A stretch of 49,512 nucleotides of DNA from Candidatus Omnitrophota bacterium. Lineage in GTDB: Bacteria > Omnitrophota > Omnitrophia > Omnitrophales > Aquincolibacteriaceae. The stretch is from NCBI GenBank assembly GCA_028713205.1, contig JAQTOZ010000001.1:1-49512 (forward strand), read 5' to 3'. The first letter of the stretch is position 1. Each line of letters opens with the position of its first letter. Below, piece by piece: positions 27,419 to 38,300 of this stretch. Under the pieces are notes generated by a model, which ran no database searches, was not told the DNA's origin, and was given only the letters and a program-made list of their open reading frames with translations. Both the position numbers and the translations under genes were made by a program.

Positions 27419-29053
27419 TTAACTGATACTGCCGGAATAAGGAGATACCTTTTTGTTTTTGGCGTCTTCCTCGTCCTTGTTCTTCGCCTTTTCACTGACG
27501 GCGCATTCCGTCGTAATGAAAAGTCCGGCAATGCTGGAAGCGTTTTCGATCGCCGAGCGTACCACTTTGGCCGGATCAATCACGCCTTGTTTCACAAGGT
27601 CATCGAATTCGCCGGTCTCGGCGTTGTATCCGAAAGCGCCTTTGCCTTCCAAAACGGTTTTGACGATCACCGAACCGTCAACGCCCGCATTTTCCGCGAT
27701 CTTGCGGCAAGGTTCCTGAAGCGCGCGGCGCACAATCTGCGCGCCGGTGGCCTCATCGCCTTCGAGTTTGAGCTCATGGAGTGCGGCAATGGATCGTAAA
27801 TAAGCGACGCCGCCGCCGGGGACAATGCCTTCATCTGCGGCCGCGCGGGTCGCGTGAAGGGCATCTTCCATTCGAGCCTTCTTCTCTTTCATCTCGACTT
27901 CCGTGGCTGCTCCGACTTTAATGACGGCGACACCCCCCGAAAGTTTTGCCAGACGCTCTTGCAATTTTTCCTTATCGTATTCGGAATCAGATTTATCAAT
28001 CTGCGCCCGGATCTGATCGCAGCGTGCCTTGATGTCTTTTTGCGAACCTTCCCCGCTGATGATGGTGGTATTGTCTTTATCGATCACGATACGCTGGGCC
28101 TTTCCGAGAACGTTGACCTCCAAATTCTCGAGTTTGAGCCCGAGGTCTTCGGAGATGAACTTTCCTTTGGTGAGGATGGCAATATCATCCATCAGGGCCT
28201 TGCGGCGGTCACCGAATCCCGGTGCTTTGACCGCGGCGATCTGAAGGACACCGCGTATTTTATTGACGACCAACGTTGCCAACGCTTCGCCTTCGAGGTC
28301 CTCGGCGATTAACAGCAATGGTTTACCGAGGCGCGCGACTTTCTCAAGCAAAGGAACCAGTTCCTTGACCGCCGAGATCTTCTTTTCAAAAAGAAGAATG
28401 AACGGCTCTTTGAGAACGACTTCCATGCGTTCGGTGTCGGTGACAAAATAAGGCGAAATGTAACCACGGTCGAATTGCATCCCCTCCACGAAATCAAGCG
28501 TGGTTTTCGTGGTGTTGGATTCTTCCACGGTAATGACACCGTCTTTGCCGACCTTCTCGATGGCTTCGGCGAGCATTTTGCCGATGGTGGAATCTCCGTT
28601 GGCGCTGATCGTCCCGACGGCCTCGATCTCATGTTTGTCCTTCACGGGTTTCGCGAAGCCCTTCACGATCTCGACCACTTTGGCCGCGGCCTTGTCGATC
28701 CCGCGTTTGAGTGCCATCGGATTCGCGCCCGCCGTAACGTTTTTCATTCCCTCCGTCACGATCGCATGCGCGAGCACGGTGGCGGTGGTTGTCCCGTCGC
28801 CGGCTTGATCGGATGTTTTTTCGGCGACTTCGCGGACCATCTGAGCCCCCATATTTTCATACGGGTCCTTGAGGTCAACTTCCTTTGCGACGCTGACGCC
28901 GTCTTTGGTAATCGTCGGCGCTCCGAATTTGCGGTCAATGACGACATTGCGGCCGCGGGGTCCCAGAGTCACGGTGACCGCACGTGCCAGAATGTCGATG
29001 CCGCGTTTCAGCCGCCGGCGCGCCTCTTCTGAATAGGATATTTGTTTTGCCAT
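27419..29053 (-). CDS. groL: Chaperonin GroEL paralog 2 (no GGM tail)
   Basis: Full-length GroEL pattern ([12 protein letters not shown], etc.). ATG 29053 with AAGGAG RBS; the track start at 29059 is a TTG two codons upstream. The C-terminus [23 protein letters not shown] replaces the Gly-Gly-Met repeats. Confidence 0.95.
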   Translation of the reverse strand: MAKQISYSEEARRRLKRGIDILARAVTVTLGPRGRNVVIDRKFGAPTITKDGVSVAKEVDLKDPYENMGAQMVREVAEKTSDQAGDGTTTATVLAHAIVTEGMKNVTAGANPMALKRGIDKAAAKVVEIVKGFAKPVKDKHEIEAVGTISANGDSTIGKMLAEAIEKVGKDGVITVEESNTTKTTLDFVEGMQFDRGYISPYFVTDTERMEVVLKEPFILLFEKKISAVKELVPLLEKVARLGKPLLLIAEDLEGEALATLVVNKIRGVLQIAAVKAPGFGDRRKALMDDIAILTKGKFISEDLGLKLENLEVNVLGKAQRIVIDKDNTTIISGEGSQKDIKARCDQIRAQIDKSDSEYDKEKLQERLAKLSGGVAVIKVGAATEVEMKEKKARMEDALHATRAAADEGIVPGGGVAYLRSIAALHELKLEGDEATGAQIVRRALQEPCRKIAENAGVDGSVIVKTVLEGKGAFGYNAETGEFDDLVKQGVIDPAKVVRSAIENASSIAGLFITTECAVSEKAKNKDEEDAKNKKVSPYSGSIS

Positions 29054-29092
29054 AAGCAACTCCTTTATCTATGAATTTTAGGTCCGCCGGAT

Positions 29093-29386
29093 TTATTCGA
29101 CGATTGCCAGGACTTCGGTTTCTTTGACAATTTTGTGTTTTTTGCCATCGATCGTGATCTCATCTCCGGAGTATTTGCCGAAAAGAATGCGATCGCCTTT
29201 TTTCACTTCCAAAGGCTGAACTTTTCCCGACTCAAGGACTTTGCCGGGTCCGACCGCAACGACCTTCCCCTCCGCTTTTTCTTCCTTGGCGGTGTCCGGA
29301 AGAATGATGCCGCCTTTGGTCACTTCCTCGGCTTCAAGAACTTCGACAAGAATTTTGTCACCCAAAGGTTTAATTTTTGTTGCCAT
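29093..29386 (-). CDS. groS: Co-chaperonin GroES
   Basis: 97-aa ORF [36 protein letters not shown]... with the canonical GroES pattern. Confidence 0.95.
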   Translation of the reverse strand: [97 protein letters not shown]

Positions 29387-29433
29387 GTTTGAATCTCCTT
29401 TTGATTAGTTTAAATTGATGTTGTGCTTGGGTT

Positions 29434-31104
<1,671 letters not shown>

Positions 31105-31224
31105 TTAGAGTTTTGTTTGAAAGATGTTTCGTAAACTACGTTTTGTTCGAGCGATGAGGAATTACTTAGAAATGCGTAGCAAAAACTCTTTCGGGCTTTT
31201 CGATGAAATATCTAAAAGCAAGCA

Positions 31225-31251
31225 TTAGCAGTCACGCATTCTGAGTGCTAA
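31225..31251. promoter_or_regulatory. CIRCE element (HrcA operator)
   Basis: TTAGCAGTC-N9-GAGTGCTAA read directly. One mismatch to the consensus TTAGCACTC-N9-GAGTGCTAA. Lies ~135 bp upstream of groEL1. Confidence 0.85.
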
Positions 31252-31260
31252 AGTGGGATA

Positions 31261-31288
31261 ATTCTAACCATAAGCGCGAGAAAATCAA
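31261..31288 (-). promoter_or_regulatory. Sigma-70-like promoter of the groEL-groES-groEL operon
   Basis: Minus strand: TTGATT (31283-31288), 16 nt, TAGAAT (31261-31266), immediately upstream of CIRCE. Confidence 0.55.
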
Positions 31289-31413
31289 GATATTTTTTAT
31301 ATAATAGGAAGGCGAGCTCGAATGGCTCTTTCTGGCACAAACAATAGGAATAGAGGGATGGAGTTAAATCAATGGGAGGGCGTACAGCCAGGGTGCTTAC
31401 CGGTTTTGGCTAC

Positions 31414-32178
31414 CTACCGTACCTTTTTCCCGGTGACGAAATCTTTAAATAGAATAAGCAGGGACTTCATCGAATGGCGGGGGTCGACAATGTCGATTTT
31501 ATGCATATAAGGTTTCAGAGTTTCGGCATAACCGCCAGTTGCGATGACTCTAGGATTATGACCTGATTCTTGTTTGAATCGGTGAACGAGTCCATCCGCC
31601 AAAGCCCCCCATCCTTCAAGGATTCCTGCGGACAACCCATCATAGGTGCTTCGCCCGATCAGGCCTTTTGACTGGCGGGGGAACGGCAAATTTTTGGGGA
31701 TAAGTGCCGTTTTTTCCAACAGGGCGTTAAAAGATATCTTCGGGCCAGGAATAATCATGCCCCCTTCAAAAATGCCCTTTGTGGATATGTAATCGACGGT
31801 AATTGCGGTTCCGAAGTCAAATATGACGATGGGCGGCTTATAAATTCGAATAGCTCCGTATGCGTTTACTAATCGGTCAATGCCTAACTTGTTTCCATTC
31901 AGGTACTTATGTCTTACTTTTACCGGCAGGTTCTTTCCGGCTACCCATATCTTTATATTATTCAGCCTGTTTATGCTCATGCACAGTTTAGATGTCAATT
32001 TTGGGACAACTGAGCATACAACTACGTTTAATTGAGATTTCGTCCCACTATTGGCTATTTTATAAGCATATTTTGGGATACGGTCATTTTTTACACTGCC
32101 AAAAGATAAAACTCTTCCACTTTCGTAGATTGCGTAGGTTGCGGCAGTGTTTCCGATATCAAATAAGAGTATCTTCAT
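31414..32178 (-). CDS. coaX: Type III pantothenate kinase
   Basis: MKILLFDIGNTAATYAIY N-terminus (DIGNT motif) and later GTAITVDY, ATGG motifs. ATG 32178 preferred over track start 32202, which overlaps birA. Confidence 0.85.
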   Translation of the reverse strand: MKILLFDIGNTAATYAIYESGRVLSFGSVKNDRIPKYAYKIANSGTKSQLNVVVCSVVPKLTSKLCMSINRLNNIKIWVAGKNLPVKVRHKYLNGNKLGIDRLVNAYGAIRIYKPPIVIFDFGTAITVDYISTKGIFEGGMIIPGPKISFNALLEKTALIPKNLPFPRQSKGLIGRSTYDGLSAGILEGWGALADGLVHRFKQESGHNPRVIATGGYAETLKPYMHKIDIVDPRHSMKSLLILFKDFVTGKKVR

Positions 32179-32185
32179 AGATTTC

Positions 32186-32764
32186 CTAGCTGATTTTCTC
32201 ATTTATTAGCACTTCTTCCCGGGAATTGCCATAAATTTTTCCGAGATCATTTTGAAACTGCTTGAGGATTGCTTTAAGGAGCGTGTTCCGTGAATAGGAC
32301 TTGCCTTTAATGTCCCGAATAGAGATTGCTTCAGTTATGAGTTCATGAGACGACGAATTGACATTTAACCCGATGCCGACTACCGCAAAGTCTAAACGGT
32401 ATTTCGTACTGGATGAGGCCTCGACGAGAATACCGCAGATTTTTCTTCCATGAACCAGGATATCATTGGGGCGTTTGAATGTGGATTCAATTTTGTAGCG
32501 GCTTTGAAGGACTTTTGCGACGGAACGGCAGGCAATTTGTGTCAGAATCGGGGCCTGGCTGGGGCTCATGGGCGGTCTTAAAAGTACGGAAAAGAGTAGG
32601 TTCTTTCCGGGCGGCGATACCCATTTTCGGTTCAATTTGCCATGACCGCGGGTCTGATAGTCCGCAACAATGACCAGGCCTTCCGCCGCGTTTTGAATGG
32701 CCTGTTCCAGGGCCAGTCTGTTTGTCGATGGCAATTTGCGATAATGCTGTATGTGGAATTTCAT
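32186..32764 (-). CDS. birA: Biotin--[acetyl-CoA-carboxylase] ligase, short class I form (catalytic core only)
   Basis: GHGKLNRKW (GRGRxGRxW-type biotin loop), ICGILVE, AVVGIGLNVN motifs. Only 192 aa, with no N-terminal HTH and apparently no C-terminal cap domain. Confidence 0.8.
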   Translation of the reverse strand: MKFHIQHYRKLPSTNRLALEQAIQNAAEGLVIVADYQTRGHGKLNRKWVSPPGKNLLFSVLLRPPMSPSQAPILTQIACRSVAKVLQSRYKIESTFKRPNDILVHGRKICGILVEASSSTKYRLDFAVVGIGLNVNSSSHELITEAISIRDIKGKSYSRNTLLKAILKQFQNDLGKIYGNSREEVLINEKIS

Positions 32765-32817
32765 GAATGCTTAAGTCCTGATCCTGCGATGATTCGAAAC
32801 CGGGTTCGGTATTGGTA

Positions 32818-33951
32818 TTATTTGTAAATCCGCGGCAAGGTCGGAATCAACCGTGTCACGATTTCATAGGGAATGGTACCGGCCCACTGGGCAAGGTCTT
32901 CAGCGCGGATTTTTTCTTTTTGATCTTGGCCGATGAGCGTGACCTCGTCACCGATGCGTGCCGCCGTTTCGCCAAGATCGATCGTCAAGTAATCCATGGA
33001 GACTCTACCTGCCAGCGGATAACGTTTTCCATGGTAGAGCACATAGGCTTTATTGGATGCCGTAAACGGGTAGCCGTGGCTGTAGCCGATCGGGAGAACG
33101 GCAATATTGGTCGGTGCTTTGGCGATGTAACTGCGCCCGTATCCTGCCGATTCTTCGGCCTGCAATTGTTTTAAAGAAATGATCCGGGTTTTAAGAGACA
33201 GCACGGGTTTGACCTGCGCCATGTGAGTTAATGATTTATCAGGATAAAGGCCATAAAGCATGATCCCCGGACGAATAAGATTGATGACCGGATGAGGCCC
33301 TTTGAGAATGCCGGCACTGTTGGGTGCGTGACGGTACCGGAAAGTAATGCCTTGTTTGTACAGTGTCTCGACCAGCTGGGAAAAATGGATCAGCTGTCGG
33401 TCTCTGAAGCCATCGTCAAGTTCGGCTGTCGGGAAATGCGTATAAAGCCCCTCGACCTTGATGCCGTCCAATTTGGCTATTTTTTCGATGGTCAGTAACG
33501 CCTGCCGGTAAGGAATCCCGAGCCGGCCCATGCCGGTGTCCACTTTAATATGAACCGTTGTTTTTCGTGACAGCGTTTCGGACAATTCAGAAATTTCAAA
33601 GGCTTCTTCAAAACTTGAAACGGTAAGTACAATGCCGTTCATGAGGGCGGCGGGGAGCTCCGGCCGCAAAAGCCTTCCGAAGATAAAAACGGGTTTTTCG
33701 ATTTGATGCTCTTTGAGCGCTAAAGCGTCCTGAAGCGAAGAGACCCCGAAATATTCGACTTCAGACGCCACGGTCTTCGCGACCTCGATCAAACCGTGGC
33801 CGTATGCGTTGGCCTTAACGATGGCCATGGCGCTGTTGGGAAAACCGAAAGCCTTTTTAAGCGTTCGCAAATTATGCAGAAGATGATCGAGGTGGATTTC
33901 CACCCAGGTGGTGTAATGTGATGTTTGAACGGATTCGATTACCGGCAACAT
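32818..33951 (-). CDS. alr: Alanine racemase
   Basis: AIVKANAYGHG PLP-lysine motif and C-terminal beta-domain motifs (YGRSY, GRVSMD). Confidence 0.9.
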   Translation of the reverse strand: MLPVIESVQTSHYTTWVEIHLDHLLHNLRTLKKAFGFPNSAMAIVKANAYGHGLIEVAKTVASEVEYFGVSSLQDALALKEHQIEKPVFIFGRLLRPELPAALMNGIVLTVSSFEEAFEISELSETLSRKTTVHIKVDTGMGRLGIPYRQALLTIEKIAKLDGIKVEGLYTHFPTAELDDGFRDRQLIHFSQLVETLYKQGITFRYRHAPNSAGILKGPHPVINLIRPGIMLYGLYPDKSLTHMAQVKPVLSLKTRIISLKQLQAEESAGYGRSYIAKAPTNIAVLPIGYSHGYPFTASNKAYVLYHGKRYPLAGRVSMDYLTIDLGETAARIGDEVTLIGQDQKEKIRAEDLAQWAGTIPYEIVTRLIPTLPRIYK

Positions 33952-34670
33952 AATTTCCTCTCTCTTCTTCTTTCTTCGGCTTCCGAGAGACGAAAGTAAA
34001 GCGGAGAAAAATCTTTCGGTTTTTCCAATTTGTGAAGTTTTGCGTTTTGTTCCTCGAACCAGCCGGTCAAAGTGGCGGCCCTTGGATACCAGAGGCTTTC
34101 GGGAAGAAACTCGCGCTGCCCGGGTTTGGCTCGCCTTAGAATTTCATCACCGTAACGGGCAATGGCATCCCCAGCGATGACAACCTTTTCCGGCAATTCC
34201 GCCATCAAATCCGGGACGGTGTAAACACCCGCCTTCGTCAACGGCTTCCATTGGCGGGCTTCGTATCGGTAAAACCGGCTATAAATTCTTTCGCGTTTTG
34301 CATCCAGGCAAACCGCAAGTTCCGAACCCTCGGGTAATGTAATGTGTCCGGCAATCATATCCAGGCTGAGCGCTCCAAAACAAGGTTTTTTCGCAAGGGA
34401 GAGAAACCCCTTGAGCGTCGAAAAACCAACGCGCAATCCCGTGAAGGACCCCGGCCCGATTCCGATCAAAAAAGCATCAATATCGTGAATCGTGACCCTC
34501 TTTTGTTTGAGCAAACGGCCAATCATCGGAAGAATGTTTTCGGCGTGCTGGTGGAATCCGACAAGCTTCGCTTCGCAAATGCCGCCGCCTTCCGTTTTCA
34601 GGGCAATGCTTAAAACAGGGCTTGAGGTTTCGATCGCGAGTGAGTTTGCCATGATTTTTTTCGTGAACAA
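33939..34670 (-). CDS. tsaB: tRNA t6A biosynthesis protein TsaB
   Basis: LAIETSSPVLSIAL..., GIGPGSFTGLRVG motif. Overlaps alr by 13 nt. The start may be at the internal MANSL (34652). Confidence 0.85.
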   Translation of the reverse strand: MFTKKIMANSLAIETSSPVLSIALKTEGGGICEAKLVGFHQHAENILPMIGRLLKQKRVTIHDIDAFLIGIGPGSFTGLRVGFSTLKGFLSLAKKPCFGALSLDMIAGHITLPEGSELAVCLDAKRERIYSRFYRYEARQWKPLTKAGVYTVPDLMAELPEKVVIAGDAIARYGDEILRRAKPGQREFLPESLWYPRAATLTGWFEEQNAKLHKLEKPKDFSPLYFRLSEAEERRRERKLCCR

Positions 34671-35186
34671 TCACTATTGTATGAATCGTGTCCAAGAATG
34701 CACGATAAATTTTCACGAATTTTCATCGCGCCGGATTTTCGACGGGATTTTTGAAATGTTGCGGAAGCCGGCAAGAGGGAGATCCGGAAAAGAATTCCGA
34801 GGGAGACCCGGCAGGGGCACTCCCTCCTGTCTTGCGGGAAGGAAAATTCAGTCGATGTGACCGGCGCTTGAAGTTTTAATCCCGCGCATCAAAAATAATG
34901 TATTTTGGGAGGGGTGTTTTGCGCCGAAAAGACGGTTCTTTCGTAAAAGCAGAACGCGGAAACGTCTGATTGCAAATATCATGTTTTGGCAAAAACAAAT
35001 TGCCGCCATTTCACCCCTTTTTAGGGCAAAAAACGGCGTCCTTTTTACTCCAAATTGATACCCCGTTCGCATAGCAACTTTTCGACAGTCATTTCGTGTT
35101 TTTAAAAAATGATTCAAAATATCGTATCCCTTTCAATGGCAATGTTTTAAGCTTATAGAATTTGCTTTATAAAGTAGGTGGTTGCC

Positions 35187-35215
35187 TTGACATGCATGCA
35201 TATGCCATATAAATT
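35187..35215 (+). promoter_or_regulatory. Candidate sigma-70-like promoter for the giant ORF
   Basis: Perfect TTGACA at 35187-35192, followed by TATAAA/ATAAAT/TAAATT candidates at 15-17 nt spacing in a very AT-rich stretch ~95-120 nt upstream of ATG 35308. Confidence 0.35.
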
Positions 35216-35307
35216 TTAAATGTAATTAAAAAGTTTATAAAAATGTATATGTTTGTTTGGCGGTGGAGGCGCAAATCTTAGGATGAAAGGTAAAGTCAGT
35301 AGTTAAT

Positions 35308-35397
35308 ATGACAAGATCGAAATATAACAAAATTCTAGCGTTCTTGTTAAGTATTACTCTCAGCTTCTTTTCTGTCCCCGTCTGTCCAGCAGGTGCA
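35308..35397 (+). other. Sec-type signal peptide of the giant protein
   Basis: MTRSKYNKILAFLLSITLSFFSVPVCPAGA / NVDD: a basic n-region, hydrophobic core, and small residues (A-G-A) before the likely cleavage site. Confidence 0.7.
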
Positions 35398-38300
35398 AAC
35401 GTTGACGACAGGGGATCCTTAAGTTCAGTACCCGGGAGTGCCCCCGTTCCCACAACGCCTATACTTCCGGGTGGATCCCCTGTTCCTCAAACGCCAGAAA
35501 GTCCCCAATTACCGGTTAGTGATGGAATGTTCTCAGAGCAATTCGGTGATTGGGGGACCCCTCAACCGATGCAAGATGAAGAAGACCTGAAAACTGAGGA
35601 AGAAAAACAGGAATTGAAAGAAGCCGTAGAAGAAAAGCAGCCCGCCGCGGAACTCGCGACAGAAGAAAAGGAAGAGGAGAAGAATTATACCGAGTCTGAG
35701 AGAACGGCGGAAGGTCGAGTCCAGTTCGGATCGGCGATTAACATGAATGACGCTACGTTTGAGGTAATTGATGTGTCGCCGGAGGGAATCGAAGAGATCA
35801 AAGAAAATCTGGAGGCATTCCGTTCCTATGAAGATGCCGAACAGGTTTTTGCTTGCGTCGATGACGGTGGCAGCATGGAATGTTTTTACGGCACGAGCGG
35901 CGAAGAGGAAAACGCGCATTTCCACCAAATGATCTCCGAGTATTTAAGCGATAAGACGACGCTGTTTGTGCTTCACAATCACCCATATGACAACGAGGGG
36001 TTGCCCACGCCCAGCGATACGGATTATCAACTCGCCGTCCAAGGGGATTTGTGGGAGGCGGTGGGCAATGTGAATGGCTGGGAAAAATACGGCCATGACG
36101 GAGATCAGGGAGAGATTGCCGATGAAACGATTATTGAAAGGCTCAAGGAACTGATGGCTGTTTACGGTCAGACGAAAGATCCTCTTGCGGCAAAAGAGAC
36201 ACGAAATGAACTCAACGGACTTTTGACTTATGTGGACCAATTCCGGGAGCTTCAGAAAACCCTGGGTGAAACGGAACCGGGAGTCGTTTACCGCGCGGCC
36301 GAGAAACCGGTGGCCCAAGATCAATACGTTACGATGAAGGAAGATGCGATTCAAACCGGACAGTTGACCGCGACGGGTTCCGGGATATTGACTTATTATT
36401 TGAGTCAGGGGCCGCAACACGGAACGGTCACGGTGGATCCTAACGGATCCTATGTGTATCAGCCGGACGCGAATTATAACGGCACCGATGCTTTTAGTTT
36501 CGTGGCGAAAAACAATTTGGGATTCGGGTCAACGATCGAAGATTTTAAAACCAATTTGTCCAATCCGAACGGTTTGGAATTTGACTACGAGCACGGCTGG
36601 GTTTATTGGTGCGAAACGGGGAGCGGATCAATCAAGCGGGCAAGAATCGACGGTACGGGGAGCGTGACGACCCTGGCGTCCGTAGGCGGTATTCCTGCGG
36701 ACCTCAAACTGGATCTGGCAAATGGGAAGATTTATTGGCGTGATACCGCCATGAAAGCGATACGGCGCATCAATATCGACGGAAGCGGCACGGCCGCAAC
36801 GGTCGTCGGCCCTTCGCAAATATCGGATATCCGTGAAATCCAGTTGGATGTACAAGGGGGCCGGATTTATTGGTCCGATTACGGCAGTTATAATGGAATA
36901 CGCTCCTGCAGATTAGACGGTACCGATGTTCGAACGATTTTGTCGGGCTTCAAAGCGTTTTCGTTTACCTTGGATGTCCCCAACGGAAAAATTTATTACC
37001 AAAAATTCACGCGCTGGGGCGATCCGATGCCCTTGATGCGGTCCAACCTGAACGGTACCGTATCGGAAACGGTATTGAGCACGATGCCGTCGTCTTCGGG
37101 CATGACGATCTCGGACGGATATATTTATTGGTCGGGCAGTTATGTGGATGACAACGCCGTGCAACGGGTCAAGTTAAGCTCTGCCAATCCTGCCAATATC
37201 GAAACGGTGGTGAGAAGCGTCATGGGATGTTTGGCCGACAGCCTTTGGCTGGATAGCCGGAACGGTTACCTGTATTGGACGGATACTCTCACCGGCAAGA
37301 TCAAACGTGTTTCTTTCGGTACGGTTTCGAATCCGGCAACGGTGACCATGAATATAGCTCCGGTCAATGATGCTCCGGTAGCGCGCGCCGATAACTATGC
37401 GGTCAATGAAGATGCCAATGGCGGGCTTGTGACAGGTTCGGCCAACGGCGTTCTGGCGAATGACACAAATCCGGACGGGCATGCGCTTGCGGTTCAGTTG
37501 GCTTCGGGCCCCTCCCACGGGACACTTCAATTGAATAGCGACGGTACTTTTACCTATGTCCCCAACACCCATTTCTACGGCACGGATACATTTCAGTATT
37601 ATGCGTCATATGAGGCATACGGTACGCCCCAGGATCTTACGAGGTGGTCATCAACGAGTGCCAATGATCTGGTTGTCGCGAATGGGAAAATGTATACCTT
37701 CGACGGACAAAACGGGTCCATTACCGTGGCCAATATCAATGGTTCAGGGAGAACGACCCTGATTTCTTCTTCGGCCTTGGGAGGTAAAGCCGTTTACAAC
37801 CTGGCGGTTGATCAAGTCAACGGCAAAATTTATTGGATCGATAGCAGCAATAAAATCAGGTGGGCGAATTTGGACGGTTCCGGTGTTGCGAATCTCCCGG
37901 TTACGATCTCCGCAACCAATATCTCGAAAGCGCAACTCAAAATCGATACGGTCAATCAGAAAATCTTGTGGACGAGCACCAATTATATTTACTGCGCGAA
38001 CCTGAACGGCACCGGTCAGAGAGCCCTCGGTTACACGCTCTCGCCGTATCCGATCGAGTCGTTGGCGATTGACGCACAAAATAACAAACTCTATTGGAGC
38101 GGACATTCCAATTTTCAAGATACATTCCCGGGGACTAATTTGTTCCGCGTGAACCTGAGCAATCTCTACAGCGGTACCGTGGTTGAGGAAGTGGTTGTGA
38201 AAAATGTTGAGGCGAAAAGCATCGAAATTGCCGGCGGCAAGCTTTATTACACGACTTGGGAAAATGGCACTCAATCCGGTAGTTCGGTCAAGCGTGTGGA

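Noticed and set aside
34733-34748. GGATTTTCGACGGGAT, resembling the conserved GGAUUCGACGGGAU near the 5' end of tmRNA (ssrA)
   Set aside because: No GGGG-type acceptor stem precedes it. No T-arm/GGTTCGA-like element or CCA-proximal acceptor strand follows within ~400 nt. I found no tag-peptide-like reading frame ending in ALAA-type codons. A second TTTTCGAC at ~35078 suggests chance in this region.
34900-35050. Possible c-di-GMP (GEMM-type) or other riboswitch in front of the giant adhesin-like gene
   Set aside because: Several GCAAA/GAAA-containing stems are present. I could not reconstruct the conserved GEMM-I/II core or any other riboswitch consensus by eye. This needs a covariance-model scan.
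34681-35117. Small ORFs in the long intergenic region (plus-strand 60-aa tail of track ORF 34492..34860; minus-strand 89-aa ORF 34848..35117)
   Set aside because: They are basic, Arg/Gly- or Arg/Phe-rich, with no RBS, motif or signal. They partly overlap each other and tsaB. There is not enough evidence to call them genes.
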